A stretch of 55,514 nt of DNA, from positions 1-55,514 of the forward strand of contig CAWBPM010000001.1 of the NCBI GenBank assembly GCA_963790825.1, given 5' to 3'. Numbering within the stretch: the first letter of the stretch is position 1; each line of letters begins with the position of its first letter. The position numbers were made by a program, and so were the translations under genes. A model generated the notes under the pieces. The model did no database searches. It was not told the DNA's origin and saw only the letters and a list, made by a program, of their open reading frames with translations. This DNA comes from Candidatus Levyibacteriota bacterium (lineage in GTDB: Bacteria > Patescibacteriota > Microgenomatia > Levybacterales > UBA12049). This document shows, one piece after another, positions 12,910 through 23,697 of this stretch.

Positions 12910-15900
12910 TTACTGATTTAATTTTTGTAAAAACCCGAATGTTTTCGCCAGATTATCAATGACTAGATTCAATGCTGCGGTTGTCGCTTTCGGCGTCGTA
13001 ACTACTGTGTCGAGAGATTTACCCAAATTTCCTGCCTTATCTTTGGATAGTGCTTGGAAATGATAAATCTTCGCCGGAGTAAGACCTGTGATAGTTACCG
13101 TATGATTTTCAGTTAAATTTGTATCCTGCTGGGTAGTTTGTCCGTACGTATTGCCTGTACCTTCGGCGTATTGAATTTGCGTCGTTCCTGGTTCATCGGT
13201 ATCCCACGTAATAACCAATTGGGCTTTTGCGTCTTGTCCGACACCGACAATTGTACTTTCAACATCCAAATTTAAAAGTTCCGGCGGCCTCAGATCGGCT
13301 GCCGTATGAATATGTGTCGGCTGGGCATCCGCTTCGTTCCCGGCTGCGTCTTTCCCTCGTATTTGAATCGTATAATCCGTACTGTCACGTAGGTTTTGTA
13401 GCACCATTTCATGCGTTTTTACCATTTGTAAAGTTATTTGGTCTTTAGCAGTGGCAGGTGCATCACTTGGATAATAGGTAATAATAGAGGTTACCGGTGC
13501 GTTAGTCGTCCATAGGATTCGAAGCGCTGCCGAAGGCAAACCGGCAATTTCCTGAATTTTCATGGCTGTTACTTTAGGAACGGGCAAGGTTGTGAAGGAG
13601 TAATCGTCGCCTGAGAATTGATTCCCTTCTTGGTCAAGACCAACAATTTGCAAATGATACGTTGTACCATCAGTCAAGTTATCCAAAAGAATTGTATCGA
13701 TCGTTTCCGACGTAGGAGTTGACTCGGTCTTCGTATTCCCATAGCTGGTAGTTAATCCATAATTAATATTTACGCTGGATGCGTTTTTAACGTCAAAAGA
13801 CACGTACGCACTATAGAGACTGATATTCGTAATTTTCACATTGGAAATAAACGGAGCAGCGTTAGTAGTAAATGTATATTCGTCGGATGTGCCCAAATTC
13901 CCATCCTCATCAGTCCAGAGTACTCTGTAGTAATACTCTGTCCCAGGCGTTAAACCGGTAAGAGTAATTTGATGGTTTGTTATTTGTTCTGATGAACCAA
14001 CTTCGTCTCCGTAATCTCCACTTTTAGTGCCGTATTTGACGAAGGAATTGGCTCCCCGACTCGTGGACCAGGAAATAATAGCTGTCTTCGTCTTAATTGT
14101 AGCCGACGGACTTGCGGTCATATCCGGCGACACCAGCCATTTACCGGTCGGATACATGGAAACTGTTTCCGACGGAGCAGAACAATTATTGGTAGAGTCA
14201 CAGGCTTTGACACAATAGTAATGTGTCTCTTGAATAATATTAGAATCAACAAACGATTTTCCGGTAGTCGACGCAAGATAACTAAAGTCACTTAGGTTAT
14301 CTGTGCAACTGGCGCTATCGCTAGTTGAACCATATACTTTATAAGTTGAGACTCCGGAACCGGTAGCAGTCGGTGGTTCCCAGGATAGAGCTAATTTCCA
14401 GCTGGAAACAGATTTAACCGAAATATCTGCAATATCCAAACTTCCCGGAATACCCGGGGCTGATGTATCAGCGGTAAAACTAACAGAAGAATAATTGTTA
14501 TAATCGATGTTTCCTGCTTCGTCCTTCGCTACGACATACATTATATTTTTCCCCGGTAGTGTCGCGTACGCGTCGGCTACCAGGTACGTAGTTGACAGAC
14601 CGATAGTATTAACATTTTGCGCAGTGGGCAATGCATTTACCGAATAGTAATACCGCAAACTACTCTGAACCCCATAATAAGACGCCGGCGGACTCCAGGA
14701 AAAAGCAAACGAATTAACCGTATTCGATGTCGGAGTAACTGTTAAGTTTTGCGGTCCTCCCGGAGAAGTCGAACTGTAATAGTAAGATATAGATTGATAA
14801 TTTGTAGCATAGTTTCCTGCATTATCCCTGGTTCGAAGATATAATGTGTTAACACCGGTTGTATAAGCAGAAACACTGGCAATTGAGGTGCTGGTTATCC
14901 CACAGGTGTCCACTGCTCCGCTTTGCCCTGTTTTATAACAATAATCTTGTATGCCAGACGCGCTGTCGGATGCGCCACTCCAATTGAAATTAAATAAGTT
15001 AACATTCGAATAACTTGACGGTGTAACAGTGAGTGTGGTCGGGTTAGTCGGCGAGTCGGAATCATAGCGATAGACAAACGGCGCTACGCTTGACGAAGAA
15101 ACGTTACCGGCATCGTCAACTGTTTTAATGAGCAAGTAATACGTATTACCGGAAGTTAAACTAGATGCGGTATAACTGGTCGTCGATTGCAGCGTCCCCG
15201 AAGCTGCCGGGTTCGCATTACTGTTGGTACCGAAATAAACATAATAGCCGGTAACACCGGAGCCGGTCGTGCCATCGGATGCACCACCTGTTGCTTCAGC
15301 TGCCGGCCAAGAGAAATAGGGACTCGAATAGTTATACCAATTATTGCTGGTTAAAGTCGCCGATTGCGTCGCCGTCGTGTAAGCTGAAAAATTGCTTGGA
15401 TTTGTAGGCGGTGCTGTATCAGAATAATATGTAAACGTATAACTACCTACAGTTCCTGAATAAACTCCGTCGCTTGACGTAAAGGCAAACTTTACCTGTA
15501 AATACCGAGCAGTTGGAGATGTGATTTTATCTGAATAAGTAACACCTGTGACTTTTTCTTGTGTCACTTGTGCCCAACTGGACCAAGTAGAATTATCTGA
15601 CGACGTTCTGGTATAGGCTGTAATTACCGTGTTTGCGCTTGGTGTAGCAGTATAGGATAAACCGCCGAATTTATAAACTGATGTTAAGTCATACGTTTGA
15701 GAAATGTATGTTCCACTGGTTTGGAATGCGCTGGTTGGAGTAGACATAACATAGGTGTATACTCCATCGCTAAATGTGTTCGTGCCGGGACCTGCAATAA
15801 CATAGATTTTGTTAACACCGTCACTGGCAGCTGCTCCTCCTTGGGAAATATTGGCGGGAGCATTTGTTATTGCTGTCCAGGTGTTTCCAGCAATTGAATA

Positions 15901-18900
15901 AGCATAACAATTTGCAACATTTCCTCCCCGGCAGGCGTAGAGTAAATCTCCACCGCTGTCAACCATAAACCCGTCGTTATAGACATTTGCACCTGACGGC
16001 AAATCTGCAACTACCGGGTCGCTCCAGGTATTACTTCCCGGAGTATAACGATAGAAAGACACAGTGTTATTTCCGCGTAAACCGTAAAGATATCCTCCCT
16101 TATAAATTAATTCCGCACCATAACTCATACTGCCCGGAGTAACAGCTCTTATAATCCAGCGGCTGCCTGCCGCTGCCTGCTTATCATATTCATAAAAAGC
16201 GGTGCTGCCTCCTGCCGGAACATAATAAATATAGCGGCTGCTGTCATAAACCATTGCTACTCCGGTATTTGGCATCACCGGCGGAGGATCCGTAGTCACC
16301 TCACTCCAGGCATCTGCGGCAATATCGTACATGAAAAACTTTTGTGTATACGTGTTACAAGTGGCATAGATCTGATTGGCAGTAGAGTCATATACTAACT
16401 TACCTCCAGTATAGAATCCACATGGAGCATCAGCCAAGCGCGTATCATCACCTGTTACCGGATTGTAACGGACAAACATATTGTCATAATTACCTCGAGT
16501 AATGTAATAATTATTTCCATCGCCTTTTATAATATCCGCACCATAGTTGAAGGTTCGATAATCAGTTCCCCAGAAAATTCCAGCGAATAATCCTATGTTC
16601 GGAATTTGCCAGGAATTACTGGCCGGATTATAGACATAGAAATTAGTATTATTTCCGCCTCTCAGAACATACAAGAGACCGTTGACTGCTCTCATAGTTG
16701 CTCCACTGGTTAAAGGTAACGGAGCATCTGCAAGTCTAGTCCAAGTACTGCTACCAAAATCATATTTATAGAGATATGGTTTTCCTGCAGCAGGAATGTA
16801 ATAAATTGCATTTGACACTGCATCATAACTTATCGTTGCCCCATCGTCATAGGCAGTAATCGGTAAATTTGACAGAACAGACCAAGTATTCGATGGAATA
16901 TCATAAGCTGAAAAGCCTGTGTTATCGTTACCGTTAACGCTACCTTGAATTGCATAAATTGTATTTTTACCGTCATAGGTTAAGTTTCCTCCAGTATAGA
17001 CCATGTTAGTTCCCTGATTCGTCGGAGCACCAAAAATAGTATTGGCAAGAGTAGTCCAAACATCATTTTGTGTATCATACCGCATAAGAGTATCATCGTT
17101 ATTCCCTTTAAGAGTGTAGATATAGCGGGAACCATCATATATTGATGCAGCTCCGTAATATACAGGTTGTGGGGCATCAGTTGCAGCAGCATCAGACCAA
17201 ACATCATTAGCGATATCATAGCGCCAAAACACCGCAGAATTATTGGCAGGAAAACCGTACAAATATCCGGGCGGCCCTTCGATTACATGACCGCCATAAT
17301 AAACATTGCCGGGAGCATTTGCTTTAGCGGTCCAAGTATCAGTGGTGATATTGTATTCATAAAAAGTATTGGTATTGTTACCCCTAAAAGTATATAGTTT
17401 GTTACTTGAGGCAACGTAAGCAAAGTGCCCGCCGTAATATATCCCCGCCGGAGGAAGTGATAAACGAGTTTGTTGCCAGAAACCGCTGGTAGTTGCCAAC
17501 TTAATTGTGTCATTGATCGTGCTGACAGCACTTGTTGTAGCTGTGGCAAAACTGCTGCTTCCTGAAATGCTTAGAATTTGACCGATAACACCTTTGTAAA
17601 TATAAGTAAACATAGATTTAGCAGCACTTACATTCCCTGATGCGTCTTTGGTTGCCAAAATCAAATAATAAGTACCGTTGGTCATTCCGCTGTTCACCAT
17701 ATATGTTGATGCCGACTGGAAATTGCCTGAAACTGTTGGATCGGCGTTTGAATTGGGACCAAAATAAACATAATAACCTGCCACACTCGTTTCCGAATCA
17801 CTGGCTCCACTCCAGGCAAAATAAGGATTCGTATAACCGTATATTCCATTACTTATCAGACTTACTCCACCGACTTGCTGAGAAGTCGCTGTGATAGAAG
17901 TCGGATTCGAAGGAGGATTTGTGTCTCCTGCATAGGTAATAGTAAAATCATCTAACCGCGGTGCCTGACTGAGGTCGCTGGATGCATTATAGTTTGCTTT
18001 TACTTTAATGTATCGATTTACCGCAGAAGCAATAGTGGTTCCACTTACTGTCTGCCATGCAGACCAATTTATCTTGTCCGGACTGGTACTTGTCTGAAAG
18101 CTGAGCGATGAATTACCTGGCACAGAAGAATCAGAAGTAAAAGAAGAAAAACTGTTTACATAAGTTAAATCGATCACATCACTGGTCCAGGTGGCTGTGG
18201 TATTCGGATAATTTGTCGTAGCGGGAGTATATTGGCTAACCCAAACAAGACTTTGGCCATATGATGCGTAGATGTTACCCGAACTGTCAATCTCTAAAGA
18301 CGCGCCATTATACGGCCCGATAGAATATGCATAAAGTGAAGAAAGATCCGGAAGTCTGCGCCAGGTGTTGGTAGCAATAGTATATTCCCAGAAATCAGTT
18401 TTATAATACCCTCCTAAAGCATAGATTTTCCCTCCGTAATACTGCATATCTGTTCCATAGTACGGACTAAACGGTACTGTACCGATCGTACTCCATGTAT
18501 TTGTGCCGATGTTGTATTTAAGAAATTTCGAACTTCCATTTCCCGGATAATAATAAATATAAATACCATCAGTTGTCAGACGGCCACCGGTATTCGCAGC
18601 TGTACCAGCAGGCAGATCTGCTGCTCCCGGATCATCCCAAGTATTACCCGAAATACTGTAACGCCAAAAAAGTAAGGTATTATTCCCTCTGGTGGCATAA
18701 ATATAATCACCCGTACCCGGATAGACTAAACTTGCCCCTCCGTTAACACCGGTAGGCGTGGTTGCAAGAGGCGTCCAAGTGTCACCTCCCGGATCGTATC
18801 TGGTAAAGGTACTTGCTCCACTTCCTGTTAAAAAGTAAAGCGAGCTGCCGGCTGTCGCCACTTTTACATCATCATTAAAATTCACCGGGGCAGTCGATAG

Positions 18901-20073
18901 AGCCGCCGACCAAGTGTTAGAGGATATTTGGTAACGGTACATTGTACCTGTGTTAGCACCGCGGGGGAAATAAATATAACCATTCAGATAAGCTAGATCC
19001 GAACCTGTACCCGGCGTATTAGGTAAATCAGCAACGCCTAAAAATCTATCGTTGGTATAGTCATATTTCCAGAAATCATATTGGCCGTTGCCGCGGAAAA
19101 CATAGATATAATTGTCCGACGAATTATAAACCAAACCTACATATTGCACGGCAACAGGCGTATTGGATACCGTTGTCCAGGTATCTGAAGCAATTGTATA
19201 TTTATAAAACGTTTGCGTTCCGCCTCCACGCGTCATATAGATAACGCCATTTACCACATCTGCGGACATATCGGTTGAAATGGTTGCCGGAATGGTAGAC
19301 GCAAGAGTGCTCCATGTACCAGAGGAAATCGTATATTTATAAAACGTTTGCGTACCGTTTCCCCTCGCAGTATAAAATGCTCCGCTGTAATAAATTAAAT
19401 GTGCTCCTGAGGAAATGCTTGCCGGTGTACTGGGCGCAACCGTCCAGGTATTTGAAGATGGATCATATTTCCAGAAATCGGATGTGCCTGCTCCTCTTAA
19501 GGCATAAATATACGTTCCATCCGTTCCAACCGACGCTCCTGCATAATCGAGATCCGGTAAAGTAGCCAAAGTTGTCCAGGAATTATTGATGATATCATAA
19601 CGTGTAAATACATTGCTGTATCCGCCAAAAATTGCATAAATATAATTCCCCAATACTACCATCCCTGCACCGGGGAAAGCCGAATGCGGCGCTGACGTTA
19701 AATTTTGCCAGCGGTTTTCACTAGGCAAATAACGATCAAATCGCTCATCATTATTGTGCAAGAGATAAATATTATTTCCATCACTAGTAATAGCTGCCTG
19801 ATCACTTAAGGTTAAATCCGGAGCCTTAAACGCATGCGGTCCCCAACTGCCGGCAGGCACCATGTTAACACTTCCTTGCTTGTTATCAGCTTCAGTACCA
19901 CTGAAATAACCTGTTTTAAAATCACTCTGAGAAGTAAAAACTTTTGAAGCGGCAAGAACTGATACAGGAGTAGAGAGAAAAAAGAACAGAATAATAAGAA
20001 TTACTATAACAAAATTATTTACATGTAAGAAGCCAGAATTTATTCTTATGGGATGGGCAGTTTTTCTTTTCAT
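12910..20073 (-). CDS. Giant (2387 aa) surface protein: N-terminal signal/anchor, two arrays of Kelch-like beta-propeller repeats, two beta-sandwich modules, and about nine FN3-like domains
   Basis: At least 22 hand-counted copies of the motif [FY]x[KRE]Y[DNT]xxx[ND]xW, for example FYKYTISSGTWSTL and FWKYDPSSNTWTVA. FN3-like units such as GYYVYFGTNSNANP...GNTYYLLIKTVDDAGNVS and LTGLTPGTEYYYRV. The stop lies 1 nt before the ABC ATPase start codon. Confidence 0.9.
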   Translation of the reverse strand: MKRKTAHPIRINSGFLHVNNFVIVILIILFFFLSTPVSVLAASKVFTSQSDFKTGYFSGTEADNKQGSVNMVPAGSWGPHAFKAPDLTLSDQAAITSDGNNIYLLHNNDERFDRYLPSENRWQNLTSAPHSAFPGAGMVVLGNYIYAIFGGYSNVFTRYDIINNSWTTLATLPDLDYAGASVGTDGTYIYALRGAGTSDFWKYDPSSNTWTVAPSTPASISSGAHLIYYSGAFYTARGNGTQTFYKYTISSGTWSTLASTIPATISTDMSADVVNGVIYMTRGGGTQTFYKYTIASDTWTTVSNTPVAVQYVGLVYNSSDNYIYVFRGNGQYDFWKYDYTNDRFLGVADLPNTPGTGSDLAYLNGYIYFPRGANTGTMYRYQISSNTWSAALSTAPVNFNDDVKVATAGSSLYFLTGSGASTFTRYDPGGDTWTPLATTPTGVNGGASLVYPGTGDYIYATRGNNTLLFWRYSISGNTWDDPGAADLPAGTAANTGGRLTTDGIYIYYYPGNGSSKFLKYNIGTNTWSTIGTVPFSPYYGTDMQYYGGKIYALGGYYKTDFWEYTIATNTWRRLPDLSSLYAYSIGPYNGASLEIDSSGNIYASYGQSLVWVSQYTPATTNYPNTTATWTSDVIDLTYVNSFSSFTSDSSVPGNSSLSFQTSTSPDKINWSAWQTVSGTTIASAVNRYIKVKANYNASSDLSQAPRLDDFTITYAGDTNPPSNPTSITATSQQVGGVSLISNGIYGYTNPYFAWSGASDSETSVAGYYVYFGPNSNADPTVSGNFQSASTYMVNSGMTNGTYYLILATKDASGNVSAAKSMFTYIYKGVIGQILSISGSSSFATATTSAVSTINDTIKLATTSGFWQQTRLSLPPAGIYYGGHFAYVASSNKLYTFRGNNTNTFYEYNITTDTWTAKANAPGNVYYGGHVIEGPPGYLYGFPANNSAVFWRYDIANDVWSDAAATDAPQPVYYGAASIYDGSRYIYTLKGNNDDTLMRYDTQNDVWTTLANTIFGAPTNQGTNMVYTGGNLTYDGKNTIYAIQGSVNGNDNTGFSAYDIPSNTWSVLSNLPITAYDDGATISYDAVSNAIYYIPAAGKPYLYKYDFGSSTWTRLADAPLPLTSGATMRAVNGLLYVLRGGNNTNFYVYNPASNSWQIPNIGLFAGIFWGTDYRTFNYGADIIKGDGNNYYITRGNYDNMFVRYNPVTGDDTRLADAPCGFYTGGKLVYDSTANQIYATCNTYTQKFFMYDIAADAWSEVTTDPPPVMPNTGVAMVYDSSRYIYYVPAGGSTAFYEYDKQAAAGSRWIIRAVTPGSMSYGAELIYKGGYLYGLRGNNTVSFYRYTPGSNTWSDPVVADLPSGANVYNDGFMVDSGGDLLYACRGGNVANCYAYSIAGNTWTAITNAPANISQGGAAASDGVNKIYVIAGPGTNTFSDGVYTYVMSTPTSAFQTSGTYISQTYDLTSVYKFGGLSYTATPSANTVITAYTRTSSDNSTWSSWAQVTQEKVTGVTYSDKITSPTARYLQVKFAFTSSDGVYSGTVGSYTFTYYSDTAPPTNPSNFSAYTTATQSATLTSNNWYNYSSPYFSWPAAEATGGASDGTTGSGVTGYYVYFGTNSNANPAASGTLQSTTSYTASSLTSGNTYYLLIKTVDDAGNVSSSSVAPFVYRYDSDSPTNPTTLTVTPSSYSNVNLFNFNWSGASDSASGIQDYCYKTGQSGAVDTCGITSTSIASVSAYTTGVNTLYLRTRDNAGNYATNYQSISYYYSSTSPGGPQNLTVTPTSNTVNSFAFSWSPPASYYGVQSSLRYYYSVNALPTAQNVNTIGLSTTYLVADAYATLPGKNIMYVVAKDEAGNIDYNNYSSVSFTADTSAPGIPGSLDIADISVKSVSSWKLALSWEPPTATGSGVSTYKVYGSTSDSASCTDNLSDFSYLASTTGKSFVDSNIIQETHYYCVKACDSTNNCSAPSETVSMYPTGKWLVSPDMTASPSATIKTKTAIISWSTSRGANSFVKYGTKSGDYGDEVGSSEQITNHQITLTGLTPGTEYYYRVLWTDEDGNLGTSDEYTFTTNAAPFISNVKITNISLYSAYVSFDVKNASSVNINYGLTTSYGNTKTESTPTSETIDTILLDNLTDGTTYHLQIVGLDQEGNQFSGDDYSFTTLPVPKVTAMKIQEIAGLPSAALRILWTTNAPVTSIITYYPSDAPATAKDQITLQMVKTHEMVLQNLRDSTDYTIQIRGKDAAGNEADAQPTHIHTAADLRPPELLNLDVESTIVGVGQDAKAQLVITWDTDEPGTTQIQYAEGTGNTYGQTTQQDTNLTENHTVTITGLTPAKIYHFQALSKDKAGNLGKSLDTVVTTPKATTAALNLVIDNLAKTFGFLQKLNQ

Positions 20074-20292
20074 TTCAACAAGATAATCCCAAAAAATGGG
20101 CCTTAATTCAGATTAGCAATTATTTGTGGAAGAGTCAATAGTTATATAAGACTACGATTTTATTGAACAAAATATTAGATCGATTTGTTAGTTTCTACTG
20201 TATTTACAAACAGGTAAAATGTGAAAAGTTTTGTAATAAAGTACAAGGTGATTGGTTAGAGATAATCTATCAAAATATAACAAAGTATAATT

Positions 20293-21168
20293 TTATACTG
20301 CTTTGTGATACGTGGCCTGGTGCTCTCGTTTGATTTTTTCACGGTCTGGATTCGTAAAATGCGTTTTGATAAATGACATCGTTTCTTTCGGATCTTGGGT
20401 ATTGACAAAAACACCGGTACCTACCTCAAATCCGCCAAGTGTTTTTTCACGCGGGATGAGACGCAGATGCCATTCTCCCCCCGGATAAATATAGAAATTA
20501 TAGGGAAATTCATGTCCGTGCCGAAGATCAAAAATAGTAATCAGTCGTGAAAGACTTTGTGCAAGATCGTTTATTTCTTCGTCGGTAATTTCTCCAAACA
20601 CTCGCCCGTGCTGCTTCGGCGCCAACCAAACTTCATCGGGCCATTGCGCAGAAGATGGTGAAAAAATGATGAAATGTTGCGTTTTAAGAGAATCCGTTAT
20701 CAATGAGAAATTCAGTCTGGGAATAGCAAGTTTTACGAACTCAGGAATAACGGCGAGCTGCGTATGTGGATGCGGCAGGCTTTCACCGCCTTTTTGTCCG
20801 TGATTATGAAAAATATAGACTTGTCCTTTATTTTTATGGGTAAGATAACGCTGTCTGAAGGTTTGGAAAATGAGCTTTACTTGACTAAGCGGTAATTCAT
20901 CAAAACTCTTATGATGATCAGGTGAGTTAATAATTACTTCATGAATTGGGGCAAAAGGGAATTTGTTCGGGATAACCCGGATTCTCCAGTTACTGTCCCC
21001 CGCTGCTCCACCTACCCGATAAATTTCTGTTTCGTCTTTTTCCCGTCCTACACAAAAAGGACAAACCGGCTCAAAGCCTTTTGCGATATCCGGCCGCTTG
21101 GCTCTTCTGGGTGCTGAAATTACCCATTGTCCGGAAAGTGAGTTTTGTAAAAATTTGAAATCTGCCAT
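20293..21168 (-). CDS. galT: Galactose-1-phosphate uridylyltransferase-family nucleotidyltransferase (HIT superfamily)
   Basis: Zinc-site CPFC near the N-terminus and the catalytic HPHTQL (HxHxQ) motif. Confidence 0.7.
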   Translation of the reverse strand: MADFKFLQNSLSGQWVISAPRRAKRPDIAKGFEPVCPFCVGREKDETEIYRVGGAAGDSNWRIRVIPNKFPFAPIHEVIINSPDHHKSFDELPLSQVKLIFQTFRQRYLTHKNKGQVYIFHNHGQKGGESLPHPHTQLAVIPEFVKLAIPRLNFSLITDSLKTQHFIIFSPSSAQWPDEVWLAPKQHGRVFGEITDEEINDLAQSLSRLITIFDLRHGHEFPYNFYIYPGGEWHLRLIPREKTLGGFEVGTGVFVNTQDPKETMSFIKTHFTNPDREKIKREHQATYHKAV

Positions 21169-21207
21169 AGATAAATTATTTTTTATTAGATTAATTAAAA
21201 TTGATTA

Positions 21208-22233
21208 TTACTCCTGATTAACAGGCGTTACAGAAGCAGCAGGAGTAGCGGGGATTACCGTTACAAACGGCGTAGGAGAAGAGATCATAGGAAGTGCTGT
21301 GTTTACCGATTCTTCCTGCGGAGCAGGTTGAGCAACAGATTGAGTAGGAGATGACGTTGTATTGAACGGACCAATACCGACAATCTTATTATCAGACGGC
21401 CGGTAAATAAATGCTATTCCCGCTTTCGGATAGAATAAAATTCTATCGCCATTTTGAGCATGAGCAAAAAGGGGTTGTGCTTGAAGTTTGGCTATGTCAG
21501 ATACAGTACCGGTCGTGGGTACTTCGCCTACCGGCAGTTCGACCAGATTTCCTACCTCATCGATTAGCTTCTGACTATCTGACTGCACATTCGTACCAAG
21601 TACATTCCTCTCTGACTGGCTATGCATATAATAAAACATTCCCCCACTGGCCAGGAAAAGAGCAGTTAAAAACGAGAGAAACAATAAAAGTGGCGTTATT
21701 GGCATAACCCGGGCATTCTCAAGCGGGGAATTTTGGGGAGGGCTAGTTGTTATTTTCTTTGCATCAGGAATAGTTTCTTGTGGGATAGCAGTAGTAGCTA
21801 CAACTATTTTTTCTTCCTGAGTGGTAAGCGGTTTCGCATCAACTTTTTGTACCTGAGGTTCTTGAGCTACTTCAGGATTTATAGGAATCTTCTCAACAAC
21901 TACATGCTCCACTTCCTGTTTTTGTGATGAGTTTTCAACTGTTACCGTCGGAATAGAAACTACCGTTGGTTGAGACAAGGAAGCAGGAGGAGTAAAAGGA
22001 ATGAAGGAAACCGGCACTTTTTGTGCTTCTGTCTCAGACTGCTTAACTTCTTCCTTAAGGATCGGGGCAGGCATAAGTGGTGGAGGTAGAGGCGGAGTAG
22101 TAAAATTGCTTAAGGTCTGCAAGTTATCAATGACAGGAGGTAGTGAACTTACGGAAGTGTCAGATGCTTGATTTACTGTAGATTGCACTATCGGAGGTGA
22201 GAAACGGCGAAAGAGTAATTTATCATCAGTCAT
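21208..22233 (-). CDS. Pro/Thr/Gln-rich membrane protein of unknown function
   Basis: Single TM helix PLLLFLSFLTALFLASGGMFYYM in mid-protein, flanked by low-complexity Pro-rich regions. ATG at 22233 is preferred over the TTG start of the track at 22269. Confidence 0.6.
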   Translation of the reverse strand: MTDDKLLFRRFSPPIVQSTVNQASDTSVSSLPPVIDNLQTLSNFTTPPLPPPLMPAPILKEEVKQSETEAQKVPVSFIPFTPPASLSQPTVVSIPTVTVENSSQKQEVEHVVVEKIPINPEVAQEPQVQKVDAKPLTTQEEKIVVATTAIPQETIPDAKKITTSPPQNSPLENARVMPITPLLLFLSFLTALFLASGGMFYYMHSQSERNVLGTNVQSDSQKLIDEVGNLVELPVGEVPTTGTVSDIAKLQAQPLFAHAQNGDRILFYPKAGIAFIYRPSDNKIVGIGPFNTTSSPTQSVAQPAPQEESVNTALPMISSPTPFVTVIPATPAASVTPVNQE

Positions 22234-22498
22234 AGTATTATAATAACGGATTATTGTTTTTCCAGTCAAGCAAGCATTTATTTTGAAATGTTATGCTTGG
22301 TCTTCGGATTATGTTTTGAAATCCTTCTTCTGACATTCATAATACTTGAAATACTTCTGGTAATACGCTTTGAAATACTCAATATGCTCCCACCTCTTCT
22401 GATTTCAGGATGCAATCTTTTCTCGTAGTCTCTTCGCATCTATTACTTGCTGTAATTAAAGATAATTCGTCACGAACCTATTTCAGGTTAGAAAATCA

Positions 22499-23434
22499 TT
22501 ATTGATGAGAAACGTAGTCGTATACTTCTTTTGAAATTTCTTGCATTCGTGATGCTGCAGTTTTTATATCTGATTTAGATACCATACAAAGCGCATATGG
22601 ACGATTCGGAAGATAGACAATACCGCAATCCTGGTAGATTTGTTTGTTAATCAAGCCAATTTTATGCGCAACCGGAATACCTGGCGGAACTCCTGCCGGC
22701 AGCATATTTTTAAACTCAGTTTTTGTCAGCATTTCAAGAATTTTCTCTGAGTCATCGTTGCTCAAAATACTTGCAAAATAAAGTGCTTTAAAAACAGAGA
22801 CATATTCTCTTGCAGTAATAATCGGACTTTCTCCTTGCAAGGTAAGCGGAATATCAAGACCTTCGTAGACAAATTTAAAATCGTCGTTGGTTATCTGGTC
22901 AGCCAAAACCAAGCTTGCCGTATTATCCGACTGTTGTAACGCAAGTTTTACTGCATCCGAAAGATTAATTTTATATCCAGCACCCTTTTTGTAGAGATTG
23001 CCATAATCAGAATTTAGTTCACTTTGCCTAATACTTACTACTGGATCTTTGCTTATCCCCTGCTGTTCTTTTTTATGATAATACGCCATAACTACGGGCA
23101 CTTTTAGTAAAGACGCAGCAGTAAACTCATCGTTTGCATTAATTCCGATTGATGTTCCTGTCGGTAAATACTCAAAATACAACGCGAAATCATTTTGATA
23201 TGGGACAGTTTCCGTATTAAGTTTATTTCTGAGTGGCAAAAAATTAATGAGTATATCGTTCTGGAAAGTCTGTAGTACCCGTTTACTAATAAGTGGGTAA
23301 CGCTTCTGCATGGTTGCAAAATCATAATTATTTTGTGACACCTGCTGCCACAGGATAAAAAGCACTACATTAGTAATGATACTCAGGAAAAAAAATATAA
23401 AAATAATAGAATAACGTGTAAAACGAATATTCAT
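22499..23434 (-). CDS. Class A beta-lactamase-like serine hydrolase (PBP/beta-lactamase fold), membrane-anchored
   Basis: SxxK (ASLLK), SDN (QQSDNTAS) and a KTG-like HKIG motif in the correct order. N-terminal TM helix. Confidence 0.75.
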   Translation of the reverse strand: MNIRFTRYSIIFIFFFLSIITNVVLFILWQQVSQNNYDFATMQKRYPLISKRVLQTFQNDILINFLPLRNKLNTETVPYQNDFALYFEYLPTGTSIGINANDEFTAASLLKVPVVMAYYHKKEQQGISKDPVVSIRQSELNSDYGNLYKKGAGYKINLSDAVKLALQQSDNTASLVLADQITNDDFKFVYEGLDIPLTLQGESPIITAREYVSVFKALYFASILSNDDSEKILEMLTKTEFKNMLPAGVPPGIPVAHKIGLINKQIYQDCGIVYLPNRPYALCMVSKSDIKTAASRMQEISKEVYDYVSHQ

Positions 23435-23697
23435 TGAAAAAGTTGTTGTCTAATAGTAAGCTAATCAGACAAAAACGTCAAGATTGTCGAATATCTATTA
23501 TAATATAACCTAGGGCTTGCTAGGGCTTGAACATATGTTAGTTTTACATCAAGGCTAGATACCTAAGAAATATGAGGATCTCGATATAAAAGGCTTCGCC
23601 TCTATCCCGCGAAGAAAACATCTATTTTCTTCCTAAGTTATTAATTTTTGAGTAAGCTATCCAAGTTGAGACATTTGTAATAATCTGAAAATGTCTC

